This document shows, piece by piece, positions 19,100-29,175 of a DNA stretch of 64,000 bases. The notes beneath the pieces are model-generated. The model did no database searches. It worked only from the letters and a program-made list of their open reading frames with translations, and was not told the origin of the DNA. How positions within the stretch are numbered: position 1 is the first letter of the stretch; every line of letters starts with the position of its first letter. The translations under genes were made by a program, and so were the position numbers. The DNA comes from a virus, in IMG/VR virus record IMGVR_UViG_3300027833_001604, positions 32,001 through 96,000 of that record; one strand, given 5' to 3'.

Positions 19100-19936
19100 C
19101 TACTCGTCGTGTGTGTTGACATAGTTCTGTTTGAACGATGTCTGCGGATTCTCTCCGCCATTTACACGGTTGTTTAGATGTTTTACATATTGGACCATGT
19201 TATGATCGGAAAATGAATCTAATTTACCTTTAAACAATCCTCTAATAATACCACGCCACACATCTTTGACTCGTTGCCATCCTGTTAAGTTTCTAAGGTT
19301 ACCATAGTGATTAAAGTATTGGCATTGTCCATGATGAACATAACCAAATATTATAAATGGAACTCTAGCTACTATGTCTGCGTTGTTAAGCCAACGATAA
19401 TGTGTAAAAGGAAAATTGTCAAGGTAAGTTCTCCAACCTACTCTTGGTGATCCAAATGTATGTAATTCTTTAGGATTATATAATGCACTGTCGCCTCTGC
19501 AACGACTTGCTACTATAGTTGACATAGCTGCACCAAGTGAATGTCCACATAACCAAATGTGACGTTTTGCTTGTTCTCTAACTAGGTCTTCTTTGATTAA
19601 ATCCCATAGTTTGTCTACTTCACCTTTAAACCCACCATGCACTCTGCCCACTGTTTCTGCAACAACTGGAAATGCTCTGGCGTCTGCTTTAATATCATTG
19701 TATTGTGTTGGCTGTGTGCCTCTGCATGCAATCACTAAATCATGTTTATTCATAAAGCGATATGCTTCTGCACCATCTATGTTATAAAACTCAACAGTAG
19801 TGAATCCTAATTTCCTTGCTAGTTTTTTAACCTCACTTGCTTCATAATAAGCAATTTGGGCCAGTTCTGCAAATAATAAGGCTCGTTCATTACCTGATAG
19901 TAATTCTATTTTAGTTTTTAGTTTTGTGCTAAACAT
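19100..19936 (-). CDS. Lipase class 3 (alpha/beta hydrolase)
   Basis: 'VIACRGT', 'VHGGF', GHSLG nucleophile, 'TFGSPRVG', 'NNADIVARVP'. Confidence 0.92.
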   Translation of the reverse strand: MFSTKLKTKIELLSGNERALLFAELAQIAYYEASEVKKLARKLGFTTVEFYNIDGAEAYRFMNKHDLVIACRGTQPTQYNDIKADARAFPVVAETVGRVHGGFKGEVDKLWDLIKEDLVREQAKRHIWLCGHSLGAAMSTIVASRCRGDSALYNPKELHTFGSPRVGWRTYLDNFPFTHYRWLNNADIVARVPFIIFGYVHHGQCQYFNHYGNLRNLTGWQRVKDVWRGIIRGLFKGKLDSFSDHNMVQYVKHLNNRVNGGENPQTSFKQNYVNTHDE

Positions 19937-19941
19937 AGTTG

Positions 19942-19949
19942 TATTTATA
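19942..19949 (-). promoter_or_regulatory. putative late promoter (probably leaderless transcript)
   Basis: TATAAATA on - strand, 5 nt before the lipase ATG. Confidence 0.5.
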
Positions 19950-21075
19950 CCTTACGTTTAGGTATCTTACTATCTGCACTTGAAACACATGCTTTTGTTG
20001 TGCATATTGTAGGTTTATCAAACAATTTAAACCCTGTTTCAATATTACCTAACGGTTGATCACCACAACTATAACTACGTTTTATACTTCCGTCTGGCTC
20101 ACGTATGATAATACCTTGGTATCCACTGTTACACATCCAGCCTTTGAAGTTATTAAACTCAAATGCATTAAAACGTTCCGCTTGGTCCATATACCATTTT
20201 TTGCCTTTAGAGTCTGTAAACTCTACTTGCATGTTCCACGGAACACTAGCATCGTTTCTACCAATAGTATACTCTGGCATTTCAAAACTTGGCTTAGGAC
20301 GTTCAACTACTCTTGCTTCTGCAGCTTTTTGTTCTGTATAACTACGCTGTGGCATTCCATTGTGTAATTTCTTTTTCATCTCAGGTGTATAACCATCTAC
20401 TACTCTACTTGCAGTTGGATCTGACTGAGGTTTTAGTGTAACGTTAATACCTTGTTTATGAAAGAACAATGCATTATCATAATATGTATCAAACAGCTCA
20501 GGCACCATAACCATGTTAATAGTTATTTGCACATCATGTTCTTGACAAAGTATTAGTTTATCTGCAAGGTCTTGCATCTTCTCTGGTGTGTCAACATGCT
20601 CGATATGTAAACTACATGTAATACTAGCTCTATGAAAATGCTTTACGTAATCAACATACGTTTCAAACCATTTCATTGGCCTACTACAATTGCTTGTCAT
20701 ATGCACACTTGTATAGTTTGTGTTATGCACATCATCTGCTAGATGTTTTAACATATCTAAGTAACCAGGATGGAATGTAGGCTCGCCTCCACTTAAACTA
20801 AAATGGAAACTATTGAATCCGTTTTGTCTTGCTTGGCGTTTTATCTCGTCTATTGTTTTTAAGTTAAGTTCAGTAGGACGATGGTCCTTGCGATCACTAC
20901 GAGCATAAGGCCAGCAATAAGAACATCTGTAGTTACAGAATCTTCCTAGTAACCAACTAACTGTAAATAAATCACGATACAATAAAGTCCGTTGACCAAC
21001 TTGAACTAAATCATCAAATGGTATTTTTGTAAAATCATAATTTGACCACTTTAAGTCGTCTGTATCATTGCTCAT
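19945..21075 (-). CDS. Radical SAM protein with C-terminal Twitch-like Cys cluster
   Basis: CNYRCSYC, 'SGGEPT', C-terminal 'C..G..PDG..SC..C..C'. Confidence 0.9.
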   Translation of the reverse strand: MSNDTDDLKWSNYDFTKIPFDDLVQVGQRTLLYRDLFTVSWLLGRFCNYRCSYCWPYARSDRKDHRPTELNLKTIDEIKRQARQNGFNSFHFSLSGGEPTFHPGYLDMLKHLADDVHNTNYTSVHMTSNCSRPMKWFETYVDYVKHFHRASITCSLHIEHVDTPEKMQDLADKLILCQEHDVQITINMVMVPELFDTYYDNALFFHKQGINVTLKPQSDPTASRVVDGYTPEMKKKLHNGMPQRSYTEQKAAEARVVERPKPSFEMPEYTIGRNDASVPWNMQVEFTDSKGKKWYMDQAERFNAFEFNNFKGWMCNSGYQGIIIREPDGSIKRSYSCGDQPLGNIETGFKLFDKPTICTTKACVSSADSKIPKRKV

Positions 21076-21637
21076 CTTTGTTTCCTATTTGTAATGGATC
21101 CACGCTTAGTTCATTAACTGATAAATGCTCTGGCATATTAATTACGTATTCAATTAAGTCTACGGCTTCGTCTAGTGTCATTGTTTTACGTCCTGGGTGC
21201 TTGTGTGCATTGTTCTCTAATGTGCCAAATGTAACATAACTTACCTTAGGACCACCTGACCAAATGCTTTTTAGACCCATTGCATTGCTTGTGCTACGTA
21301 GGGCCTTCTTTTCTTGTTGATAAAGCCAATCGCTACCCTTTGTAGCTCTGTCAGTTGTGGAGCCTAAATTAACTATATGTAGTCGTTTAAGGTGTCTTAA
21401 AGCGTCTTTATAGACTACATCTAGCACCAGTGTTTGATTGAAGCGCCATAATGCACTAGAGTTAATAAAAACGTCAAAGTTAAGAGCCTTTTCTGCAAGC
21501 TTCTCTCTATAGCCATTTTCAGTTAAATCGTAGCCCCATGTAGTTCTACCAACAAATACTGTATCAGGCCATCTTTTGGCAATAGCACTTGCTAAACCTT
21601 TTTCTGGATTACCTGTGCATAGTATTGTTTTAGACAT
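21065..21637 (-). CDS. Short-chain dehydrogenase/reductase
   Basis: 'ILCTGNPEKGLA', 'DVFINSS', 'VNLGS', YxxxK 'YQQEK'; start adjusted to MSKTIL. Confidence 0.8.
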   Translation of the reverse strand: MSKTILCTGNPEKGLASAIAKRWPDTVFVGRTTWGYDLTENGYREKLAEKALNFDVFINSSALWRFNQTLVLDVVYKDALRHLKRLHIVNLGSTTDRATKGSDWLYQQEKKALRSTSNAMGLKSIWSGGPKVSYVTFGTLENNAHKHPGRKTMTLDEAVDLIEYVINMPEHLSVNELSVDPLQIGNKDEQ

Positions 21638-22856
21638 CAATGTATCCTTCAAACTCAGGACATGCTTCAAGTAGTTTACCACGTTGCAGTTCATCCATTT
21701 TGAGATTGTAATCAACAAACTGTTGCCATAAATCTTCGTGCCAATCTTCAGCTGTCATATACTTTAGTGTGTCCATTACTTTAGGCCACTTTTGGTATGG
21801 TAGTAAATTTAATGCTGCTTTTTCTTTTAATGCCACAGGTAATACACGTATGTTCATACAATCTGGATGATTAAGAATATTAAGATACACTTGATCACCT
21901 TCCAATCCACGTGACTCTGCAAAGTCCAATAGTTCATGTAATGCACATATGTTAAGTGCTTGAACTGTGCAATGTATTTGAATATCTACATTATCAAACG
22001 TGCTTAATTCATCAAAGTTTTTCTCTACTTTTTCCCAACTACTTGGATAACGAATATATCTATCACGATGTCCAACTGCATCAATACTACAGTTAAGTTG
22101 CACACGTTTAAACTTACTCCAGTATTCAATCATCTTAGGTGGAATATTAGTTAGGTTAGTATTATATTTTAGTTTAATTCCACCTGCTAAATCATTTTCA
22201 ATACAATAGTCAAGTAATTTATATTGTGATGTAGCTAGTGTAGGCTCACCACCTGTTAAGTATATCTCTTGAACTGTATGTGCAATGTCTTGGAAGTTTA
22301 GCCCTGTCTTTTTAAAGTCTGGCCATTCAGTCATTACGTTCATAAACTTTAAAGTCTCACCTGTAAGTTCTACTGGTGGATCTAATTTCGCTGTTGGAAC
22401 TACTGCATTCCAATCTTTAACCCACATGCTACTTGCCCAAGGATTACACATTCTGCATTTTAAATTACATAGGTTGCCTAAACGTAAATCAACATAACGC
22501 ACATCCACTGGAATCTTAGTATCTACTTTAACATCATCTGTCCACCACTTTTCATTAAAGCCTGCACGTGGGCTACGAATGCCTGCGTCTTCTTCACGGA
22601 AACAACGAACACACATCTCTGGCTTTTCACCATTGAGAAACTCTTCTCTGATTTTTGTGTATGTAGGACTGTTCCATACTTCTTCTAAGTCATGTTTATA
22701 AATTTTAAACGGCTTGTCTGTTTCAGGGTTTACAATTTGATTTGTATTAGGATTACTGTTACAACACACCCTAAAGCTACCCGCAGCATTTGTTGCCACA
22801 TGCATAAACGGTAGCACACAAAATGTCTTACTTGGTAATGGTTTATCTGTTTTCAT
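21630..22856 (-). CDS. N-terminal Twitch-domain radical SAM protein
   Basis: 'FCVLPF..G.FRVCC..CVRCF', CNLKCRMC..SS, 'TGGEP', 'YNTN'. Confidence 0.92.
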   Translation of the reverse strand: MKTDKPLPSKTFCVLPFMHVATNAAGSFRVCCNSNPNTNQIVNPETDKPFKIYKHDLEEVWNSPTYTKIREEFLNGEKPEMCVRCFREEDAGIRSPRAGFNEKWWTDDVKVDTKIPVDVRYVDLRLGNLCNLKCRMCNPWASSMWVKDWNAVVPTAKLDPPVELTGETLKFMNVMTEWPDFKKTGLNFQDIAHTVQEIYLTGGEPTLATSQYKLLDYCIENDLAGGIKLKYNTNLTNIPPKMIEYWSKFKRVQLNCSIDAVGHRDRYIRYPSSWEKVEKNFDELSTFDNVDIQIHCTVQALNICALHELLDFAESRGLEGDQVYLNILNHPDCMNIRVLPVALKEKAALNLLPYQKWPKVMDTLKYMTAEDWHEDLWQQFVDYNLKMDELQRGKLLEACPEFEGYIDV

Positions 22857-22858
22857 TA

Positions 22859-22975
22859 TTATTCTCGTTTTGATAGTTTGGATTGTTTGTTTTTACCTGA
22901 CAGGTAACGGACCTCATCTGGCTCTCCAAACAGTTTTGTCCACCACTTTGTGATTAAGGCTTCCAGTTTTTTCAT
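22859..22975 (-). CDS. 38-aa peptide (not in ORF track)
   Basis: MKKLEALITKWWTKLFGEPDEVRYLSGKNKQSKLSKRE; GAGA upstream; stop 2 nt before the rSAM start. Confidence 0.6.
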   Translation of the reverse strand: MKKLEALITKWWTKLFGEPDEVRYLSGKNKQSKLSKRE

Positions 22976-23002
22976 ATGTTTCTCATAACGTTACTATTTA
23001 TT

Positions 23003-23974
23003 TTAAATAAAGTCTTGGTAGTTAGTACCATGTATCTCATCCATAATTTCGCTTTGTTCTATTAATATCTTTCTTAGTATTCCATCTTGCATTGCGTCAG
23101 GCGACATAAATGCTGGTTTTATTACAGGAGTTGATTGAAAGTAGTTTATTTTATTACTGTCACACCAATCTATTATTTCATCTAAGTTGTTTCTATTAAA
23201 CACCATAGGAAGTATAGTCACAGTCATATGTGTGTTCTTAGGTTTTTGCTTATTAAATATAACAGCATTTTCACTAGTTGTCAACCAGCTAGAACCAGGG
23301 CGTATGTATTCATAACGTTCACCTACTGCTTCTATGCTTATGTTTATTTCTACTCTTCTAAACTTCTCAAACAAATGATTCCATGCTGTCATGTCATAGC
23401 TTCCATTTGTTATTAAGTGTAATTCAATTGCAGATGCAACATCTTCGTCAATTAGACGTTGTATTATTTTCTTTACTTGTGGTATCATAAATGGTTCACC
23501 ACCTGTAAATTTTACAATCTTTGCATCTAACATAAGATGACTGAACTCTACTGCCTGCTTTGCCCAACGTGTATTAGGTTTATTATCATATTGCTTAGAC
23601 CAATTTTTATCTTGGTTATCTCTAACTATATTTGCCCATGTGCTACTGCTTGTCATATTACACATTCTACAAGCAAAATTACAAGTGTTGTTTATCTTTA
23701 AATCCCAATGCTTAATTCCTACTTCGTTTTCAAATTGCTTGTTATATGTTGTGCGTAAACTATCTCCTGTGAGTTCTTCACTTAGTTTACATTCAGCACA
23801 TTCATCTAGCCATTCAGTTTCACTACGCTTTCCCCATTCAGCATGACGTGTTTGCCAGTCGTCGGTCCAGAACAGGTTTTGTGTTCCTTGTTTTACTTCA
23901 AATGCACAACATGGCCTTACTGCTCCAGTAGGTCCTATTGTTACACCGTTTTTAAATATCGAACATCTTGGCAT
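23003..23974 (-). CDS. N-terminal Twitch-domain radical SAM protein
   Basis: 'C..G.VRPCC..CAEC', CNFACRMC..SS, 'FTGGEP'. Confidence 0.9.
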   Translation of the reverse strand: MPRCSIFKNGVTIGPTGAVRPCCAFEVKQGTQNLFWTDDWQTRHAEWGKRSETEWLDECAECKLSEELTGDSLRTTYNKQFENEVGIKHWDLKINNTCNFACRMCNMTSSSTWANIVRDNQDKNWSKQYDNKPNTRWAKQAVEFSHLMLDAKIVKFTGGEPFMIPQVKKIIQRLIDEDVASAIELHLITNGSYDMTAWNHLFEKFRRVEINISIEAVGERYEYIRPGSSWLTTSENAVIFNKQKPKNTHMTVTILPMVFNRNNLDEIIDWCDSNKINYFQSTPVIKPAFMSPDAMQDGILRKILIEQSEIMDEIHGTNYQDFI

Positions 23975-24707
23975 AATTTTTGTTTACTATTCTCTTAAAA
24001 TCGTCAGTTGGTCCACCATCGAATATCATATGTATACGTGGCTCTTCGCTACGATTCCATACTGCATGATAATGGCCAGTGTTAATCTTCATTGCCAGTC
24101 CAGGCTCAAATGGCATAGTGCCGTAATCTTGTATAACTAGTTTGCACCCATCTGGATTATTAATGGCTACATTAGTTGCACCTAGTCCTGTCATTCGTTC
24201 TCTGTCTTGATGTGGTCTAATCCAACCGCCTGGTAGTAGTGCCATAAATCTAACACGACTAAAGTTTTCGTATAGCATTTCATCTTGCATCCATTCTTTA
24301 GTAATTGGTGTAAATTTACTAATGTCTGTCCAGTCACTTAATTCATGTTCTGCTTCGTCTGGCATTCCGTAATCTTCTGGACAATTAGTATGCACACTAC
24401 TCATACCATGCACACATAAACTTAACCAGCCACCGCCGCTGTTTGCTCTGTGTAAACTAAAGCATTCAGTTTCTAGCAAGTGTATTGCTTCTGCATGTAT
24501 TTCTTTCCATGGCACATTAATATCTGGTAATGCTACCCATGGGACTCTTGTGTTATCACCAACGTCATTTAAATCTTCTGGTATAATTTGTTCTTTGTCA
24601 GCACTACCGGGCGAGCGTTGTGAATGTTTACGTTCGTTAGCGTAGAACCACTCCTTTGACTCTTCGTCAATTTCTTCCCAATATGCTAAACGTTTATAAT
24701 CTTTCAT
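23952..24707 (-). CDS. Asp/Asn beta-hydroxylase-like 2OG-Fe(II) oxygenase
   Basis: 'LLPGGWIRPHQD', 'NTGHYHAVWNRSEEPRIHM'. Confidence 0.85.
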   Translation of the reverse strand: MKDYKRLAYWEEIDEESKEWFYANERKHSQRSPGSADKEQIIPEDLNDVGDNTRVPWVALPDINVPWKEIHAEAIHLLETECFSLHRANSGGGWLSLCVHGMSSVHTNCPEDYGMPDEAEHELSDWTDISKFTPITKEWMQDEMLYENFSRVRFMALLPGGWIRPHQDRERMTGLGATNVAINNPDGCKLVIQDYGTMPFEPGLAMKINTGHYHAVWNRSEEPRIHMIFDGGPTDDFKRIVNKNYAKMFDI

Positions 24708-26185
24708 TATATTATTCCTGGTAACAATCTCATGTTTTGATACTCGTAGTATTCACCACCTGGTGTATCACCTGAGAAATATATAGTTTTGTTATTTTGC
24801 AATAACTCGTTGAATAGATCAACGAATGCCGCTTGTGCATTAAAGTTTGGTGAGTTAATATAATTGATTTCATATTGCCAGATATTACTTAGTTGTAACA
24901 ATGCTATACGATCTTTTCCAATTAGACTTGATAAACGTTTCCATTCTTTTACTATGTCAATTTTAATAAATTGATGATCCAGTGTTCTAATAAAATCCCA
25001 ATGCTCTAACCAATCTTCTTCGCTGTCATAACTTTCAATAAAGGCTAATGCATTTTCTTTGTCATACCAGATAAACTCATCACTTGGTAATCCCAAGTCA
25101 GTAATCACATGGAAGTTATCTTTATAGAACTTATCAAAGTCTAATCCATCCCAATGTTTTAATAGATGTTCTGTCCAGCCAATACCAAACGGACTAAAGT
25201 CTGTCCATAATATACGCTTGAGTGTATCACGTTGATGACTGATGTGCTTAAACTGATGTAACCCACTACACGGAACTACAAGTGTATCAATGCCCAGTGG
25301 GTCACCACCTGGAACATGTTCTGTATTAGTAACATACATAATATGTGTGTCCATTACTTTATATTGAAATAGTTCACGCTTGTCATCATTTACTAAATTA
25401 TATCCGTAACTACGACTTTCGTCAAGGCTAAGTCTTGTGTTAAAGTCATAATCAAAAAACCATTCTTTTGTAAATTCTAAATCATCTTCTACATAGCAAC
25501 ATATCTTATGATTACGTATATCGTAATCTAAGTTATGTATTGTTAAACCATTTAAAAATGCTAACGGAAATAACGTATTAAAAAAGTCATCATTAAAATC
25601 TTCTGGCTTATCAATTATTTCGCTGTCACCGTCAAACACTGCATCTTTGGCAGATACCCATGTAGGGGTGTAGTTATCATGCATATGTTCAGTTGATGAT
25701 CTATAGCTTGGATGTTGTTGTAACTGATCACCAATATTCTCTAAACTTTCAAACTGTGATAATAAAGGTTCAAATGCTTTAAGGTTAAGAACAATGCATT
25801 GCTCATGCCACTTAGGAGCCTGTCCTACATAGTCTATAATATGACCAGCTGCTAACCAATCAGTTTTGTTCCACTTGTTATCTATTGCATTTATTACTTC
25901 CTCGTCAAACTCTGTTTCGCCTGGCCAATTCCCATCAAACCAAATCACAGCATTTTGATATCCAAGAATACATAGATGTCTAATAGCATCTCCAAAAAAT
26001 CCTTCACGATATCTATCACAATGCAAGAAAGAATATTCTGTGCTGTTGTTAATATTGATTTGCATAAGTTTTTTTAGTTTGCCTGCATAAGCATCTTCTT
26101 CTTTTAAAGCAGGATGCAATACTTCATTGAAGAACACATGAACTATCTTATTATCTTTTAACTCTGGTTTTATTTTTAAATACAT
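24707..26185 (-). CDS. hypothetical protein, paralog of 26185..27636
   Basis: shared 'WFDG/WFEG', 'YxxNTE', 'HWxGxDF', 'SNI' blocks. Confidence 0.75.
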   Translation of the reverse strand: MYLKIKPELKDNKIVHVFFNEVLHPALKEEDAYAGKLKKLMQININNSTEYSFLHCDRYREGFFGDAIRHLCILGYQNAVIWFDGNWPGETEFDEEVINAIDNKWNKTDWLAAGHIIDYVGQAPKWHEQCIVLNLKAFEPLLSQFESLENIGDQLQQHPSYRSSTEHMHDNYTPTWVSAKDAVFDGDSEIIDKPEDFNDDFFNTLFPLAFLNGLTIHNLDYDIRNHKICCYVEDDLEFTKEWFFDYDFNTRLSLDESRSYGYNLVNDDKRELFQYKVMDTHIMYVTNTEHVPGGDPLGIDTLVVPCSGLHQFKHISHQRDTLKRILWTDFSPFGIGWTEHLLKHWDGLDFDKFYKDNFHVITDLGLPSDEFIWYDKENALAFIESYDSEEDWLEHWDFIRTLDHQFIKIDIVKEWKRLSSLIGKDRIALLQLSNIWQYEINYINSPNFNAQAAFVDLFNELLQNNKTIYFSGDTPGGEYYEYQNMRLLPGII

Positions 26186-27636
26186 TATTCGAATCCTATT
26201 CCTCTATTATCTGTTGCACTAAGAATTGCACTAGCAGGACACATTAAATCATTATCATTTATATCTGTTCCACTAAACCAACTATCTTCGTGTGTGTTAC
26301 ATACTCGTTCTATCATTTGTGTAAAACTTGTTTCAAGTGCAAACGGCTTTGCCATTAGTTTTGGTGTGATATAGCTATATATGTTACTACTCCAAAATAA
26401 TGTTTTGCTGTCATCCATTTGTTTAAACATATCATCGTGGTCGTATATTAGATCAATGTTAAAATATTGATGATTACACTGCTTTACTTTATTCCAAAAC
26501 TCTAACCACTTTACTGGGCCATCAAAGTAATCAATTACTCTCGACCAACGTTCGTGTGCCATTGCTACTAAACGGTCATTACAACCTGGGTGTGCGTGAA
26601 CCCACATGTCTACCCATTTTGGAAAGTCTTCTCCGTTCCAATGCTTTATTGTATCACGTTTAAACTGAACACTATCAGCGTCAAAGTCAAACCATACAAA
26701 ACGTGTATTCTCTGTCATTCCATACTTGTAAGCATAGTATAGAAGCTTAAAACCAGCCGTAGCGCCTACGTATTGCTCAAAGTTAGTATCTAGTGCTTGT
26801 TGTGAAATACTTGGGCTACTAGGCTCTGTATTAACGAAATAGATAGGGCTAGTTGGCCCATGTATTCTACTGATTAATCTATTGCCTTGATTAGATACAA
26901 CGCTATTATTGTATTCTTGTCCTGTAATACCCTTTTCAAATTCTGTTGTTCCCATGTGTGCTTTAGGCGTAAAAACATGTTCCATTAGGTTATCTGATAA
27001 TCCCCACACTGTAAGATTTTGAATGAAACTAAGTTGCATCCAATTGGAACCAAAGTTATGTTGATTTGAAAAATGCTCAGGACGAGGATCTGTAAACTTC
27101 CAATCAGGGTGAACATTAAGTCTGTAGTCACTGTCCTCGTAATTTAAACTTGTATCATAGTTTATACATTCTGGGTGATGTTCTGATTCCCAATATGGAC
27201 TTATGCTGTTATGTTTAATCCATTGTGGTATGTTTATTACTAGTAAAGTTCTTTCAAAGTAAGGATACTTGTCATTACCAGTTCGAAGTTGTCCACTAAT
27301 GATCCAATTTGGATCTTCTTTATTATTACGATCTATTTCATTTAGTAATGTTAAATTAAAATCCATTGTATCAGGCCATACACCTTCAAACCACAAACAT
27401 GCATATTTGTATCCTAATTTGTTCATAGCTGTTAGCCATGTTGCATCATATTGATTGTATACATTAACAATACCACCACGTAAATGATTGTTACATTCTA
27501 CATCTTGCAATACACTAAGTTTTTGTTTTAATATAGGTGTGTCATTGAGTTCTTTGTCAAGTGGCAAAAATGCATTAACGATAGGCCAGCTACCATCCAC
27601 ATGATTATATTCCCAACTTTGTTGACCTTGCTTCAT
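26185..27636 (-). CDS. hypothetical protein, paralog of 24707..26185
   Basis: same motif order; TAATG coupling. Confidence 0.75.
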   Translation of the reverse strand: MKQGQQSWEYNHVDGSWPIVNAFLPLDKELNDTPILKQKLSVLQDVECNNHLRGGIVNVYNQYDATWLTAMNKLGYKYACLWFEGVWPDTMDFNLTLLNEIDRNNKEDPNWIISGQLRTGNDKYPYFERTLLVINIPQWIKHNSISPYWESEHHPECINYDTSLNYEDSDYRLNVHPDWKFTDPRPEHFSNQHNFGSNWMQLSFIQNLTVWGLSDNLMEHVFTPKAHMGTTEFEKGITGQEYNNSVVSNQGNRLISRIHGPTSPIYFVNTEPSSPSISQQALDTNFEQYVGATAGFKLLYYAYKYGMTENTRFVWFDFDADSVQFKRDTIKHWNGEDFPKWVDMWVHAHPGCNDRLVAMAHERWSRVIDYFDGPVKWLEFWNKVKQCNHQYFNIDLIYDHDDMFKQMDDSKTLFWSSNIYSYITPKLMAKPFALETSFTQMIERVCNTHEDSWFSGTDINDNDLMCPASAILSATDNRGIGFE

Positions 27637-27767
27637 TTAGCTGCTTGCTCCAACAGTTGATTTAATTTAATTCGTAACTTGTCTAAATGCTTGTCGCTAA
27701 TTTTTTCAGCCTCGCATACACTTATACGTTCTTTTATGATTTCAATTTCTTTTAGAATATCTTTCAT
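27633..27767 (-). CDS. 44-aa coiled-coil peptide (not in ORF track)
   Basis: MKDILKEIEIIKERISVCEAEKISDKHLDKLRIKLNQLLEQAAK; RBS GGAGG; ATGA overlaps at both ends. Confidence 0.7.
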   Translation of the reverse strand: MKDILKEIEIIKERISVCEAEKISDKHLDKLRIKLNQLLEQAAK

Positions 27768-27943
27768 TCAATTTTCCTCCAATGATGTGTGTCTTGTTCA
27801 GTTGGCAGTTGGCCAATATATTCTTCACCTGTTTCCATATCTATTAGTTTCCATTTGCTTGGACATTTAGTCTTTACTTTTAATGTTATTGCTACATCAT
27901 AAGCAGGCACTTCTGCACCACTGACTCTTAACTTACGGTTCAT
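27764..27943 (-). CDS. 59-aa small protein (not in ORF track)
   Basis: MNRKLRVSGAEVPAYDVAITLKVKTKCPSKWKLIDMETGEEYIGQLPTEQDTHHWRKIE; ATGA overlaps. Confidence 0.75.
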   Translation of the reverse strand: MNRKLRVSGAEVPAYDVAITLKVKTKCPSKWKLIDMETGEEYIGQLPTEQDTHHWRKIE

Positions 27944-29175
27944 TTACTTTGTCTTTCGTTTTCCTGTGCTACAATGTCCATACCCTCAAGTGGCATATTC
28001 AAATAAGTCTTAACCATTTTCTTTAGGTTTATATCTTGTTTATAACGTTCTTCTATATCACGTGTATACTTTCGCATACGAGCATATATCATATAATCGC
28101 TTTGATTGTTTTCCATGTAGGTTGCAAACCTTTTCATCTCTGGATGTTCGTGTTGGTTAGCTCGTAACTTTCTAATAATAGCATCTCTGTAGTCGCCTTG
28201 CCAGATTGCTGGAGACAAATACTTAGGGGTATGTAGTATGTTGGCTGTAATAAACTTTAGGTCAACTGGGCTGTCTTTCCAAAACTGAAAGAACTCTGGC
28301 ATTTGATATATGTTGTGTGCTTGCACTGTAATACCAGCGGCAACATCAATTCCAGGTTCATTGTTTAGTGCCATCATGTTAGCGTAAACTGTATCCCAAT
28401 TGCCGTCTTGTCTAATGTAATTGTATACATCATCAATACCGTCCATACTTACTTTAATGTTTACGTGTTTAAATTCATTCCATATTTTAATTAAGTCATA
28501 CTTCTTAAACTTAATATAACTTAGATTAGTAGCATAACGTAATTTTATTTTCTTCTTAAGATCCTGTGGTATTCCAGCTAACAAGTCGTAGTGTTCTTTA
28601 TTAATGATAGGCTCACCGCCAGTAAACTGTAGTGTATGCACTGTGTCCCATAGTTCAGGCCATTCATTTAAACTAGCAAACAAATCAGTTGGACGCAACA
28701 AACGTGTTTCATATCCATCTTTAGTATACTTGCTAATGATGTCTAAGTCTGCTACACGCTTGTAAGAACTGTGTGTGCTACACATAATACACTTTAGGTT
28801 ACAGAAGTTACTTACTTTAAGTTCCACCCAGTAAGGCGGGTTGTTGACGCTGTAATCGTCATTTACGCTTATCTTATCTGCAAATGTATCCCAATTATCT
28901 TTTTCCCATTGTATGCGGTTGCTAACGATTCCACTGTCCTCGTTGTGCCAGCACACTTCACAGCGTTCTGGTCTTTCGTCATTTGCTAAGGCCCGTCTTA
29001 GCTCTTTATAGTTGTCGTTATTCCAGCTCTCAAGTGCTGACTCGCCTGGGTTATTCAATGGGACTTCTTGTGCTTCGCAACATGGAACCATGTCACCACC
29101 AGCACTGCCATAGATATGCATATACGGTAGCATGCAAAAACTTTTGCTATTTTTGAGTTTGTCTTTGTTAATCAT
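27940..29175 (-). CDS. N-terminal Twitch-domain radical SAM protein
   Basis: 'FCMLPY..VPCC..CEVCW', CNLKCIMC..SS, 'FTGGEP'. Confidence 0.92.
   Translation of the reverse strand: MINKDKLKNSKSFCMLPYMHIYGSAGGDMVPCCEAQEVPLNNPGESALESWNNDNYKELRRALANDERPERCEVCWHNEDSGIVSNRIQWEKDNWDTFADKISVNDDYSVNNPPYWVELKVSNFCNLKCIMCSTHSSYKRVADLDIISKYTKDGYETRLLRPTDLFASLNEWPELWDTVHTLQFTGGEPIINKEHYDLLAGIPQDLKKKIKLRYATNLSYIKFKKYDLIKIWNEFKHVNIKVSMDGIDDVYNYIRQDGNWDTVYANMMALNNEPGIDVAAGITVQAHNIYQMPEFFQFWKDSPVDLKFITANILHTPKYLSPAIWQGDYRDAIIRKLRANQHEHPEMKRFATYMENNQSDYMIYARMRKYTRDIEERYKQDINLKKMVKTYLNMPLEGMDIVAQENERQSK

Noticed and set aside
19945-21075. Viperin-like CNYxCxYC motif
   Set aside because: It carries a C-terminal Twitch-like Cys cluster and lacks recognisable viperin motifs, so it is treated as a generic rSAM.
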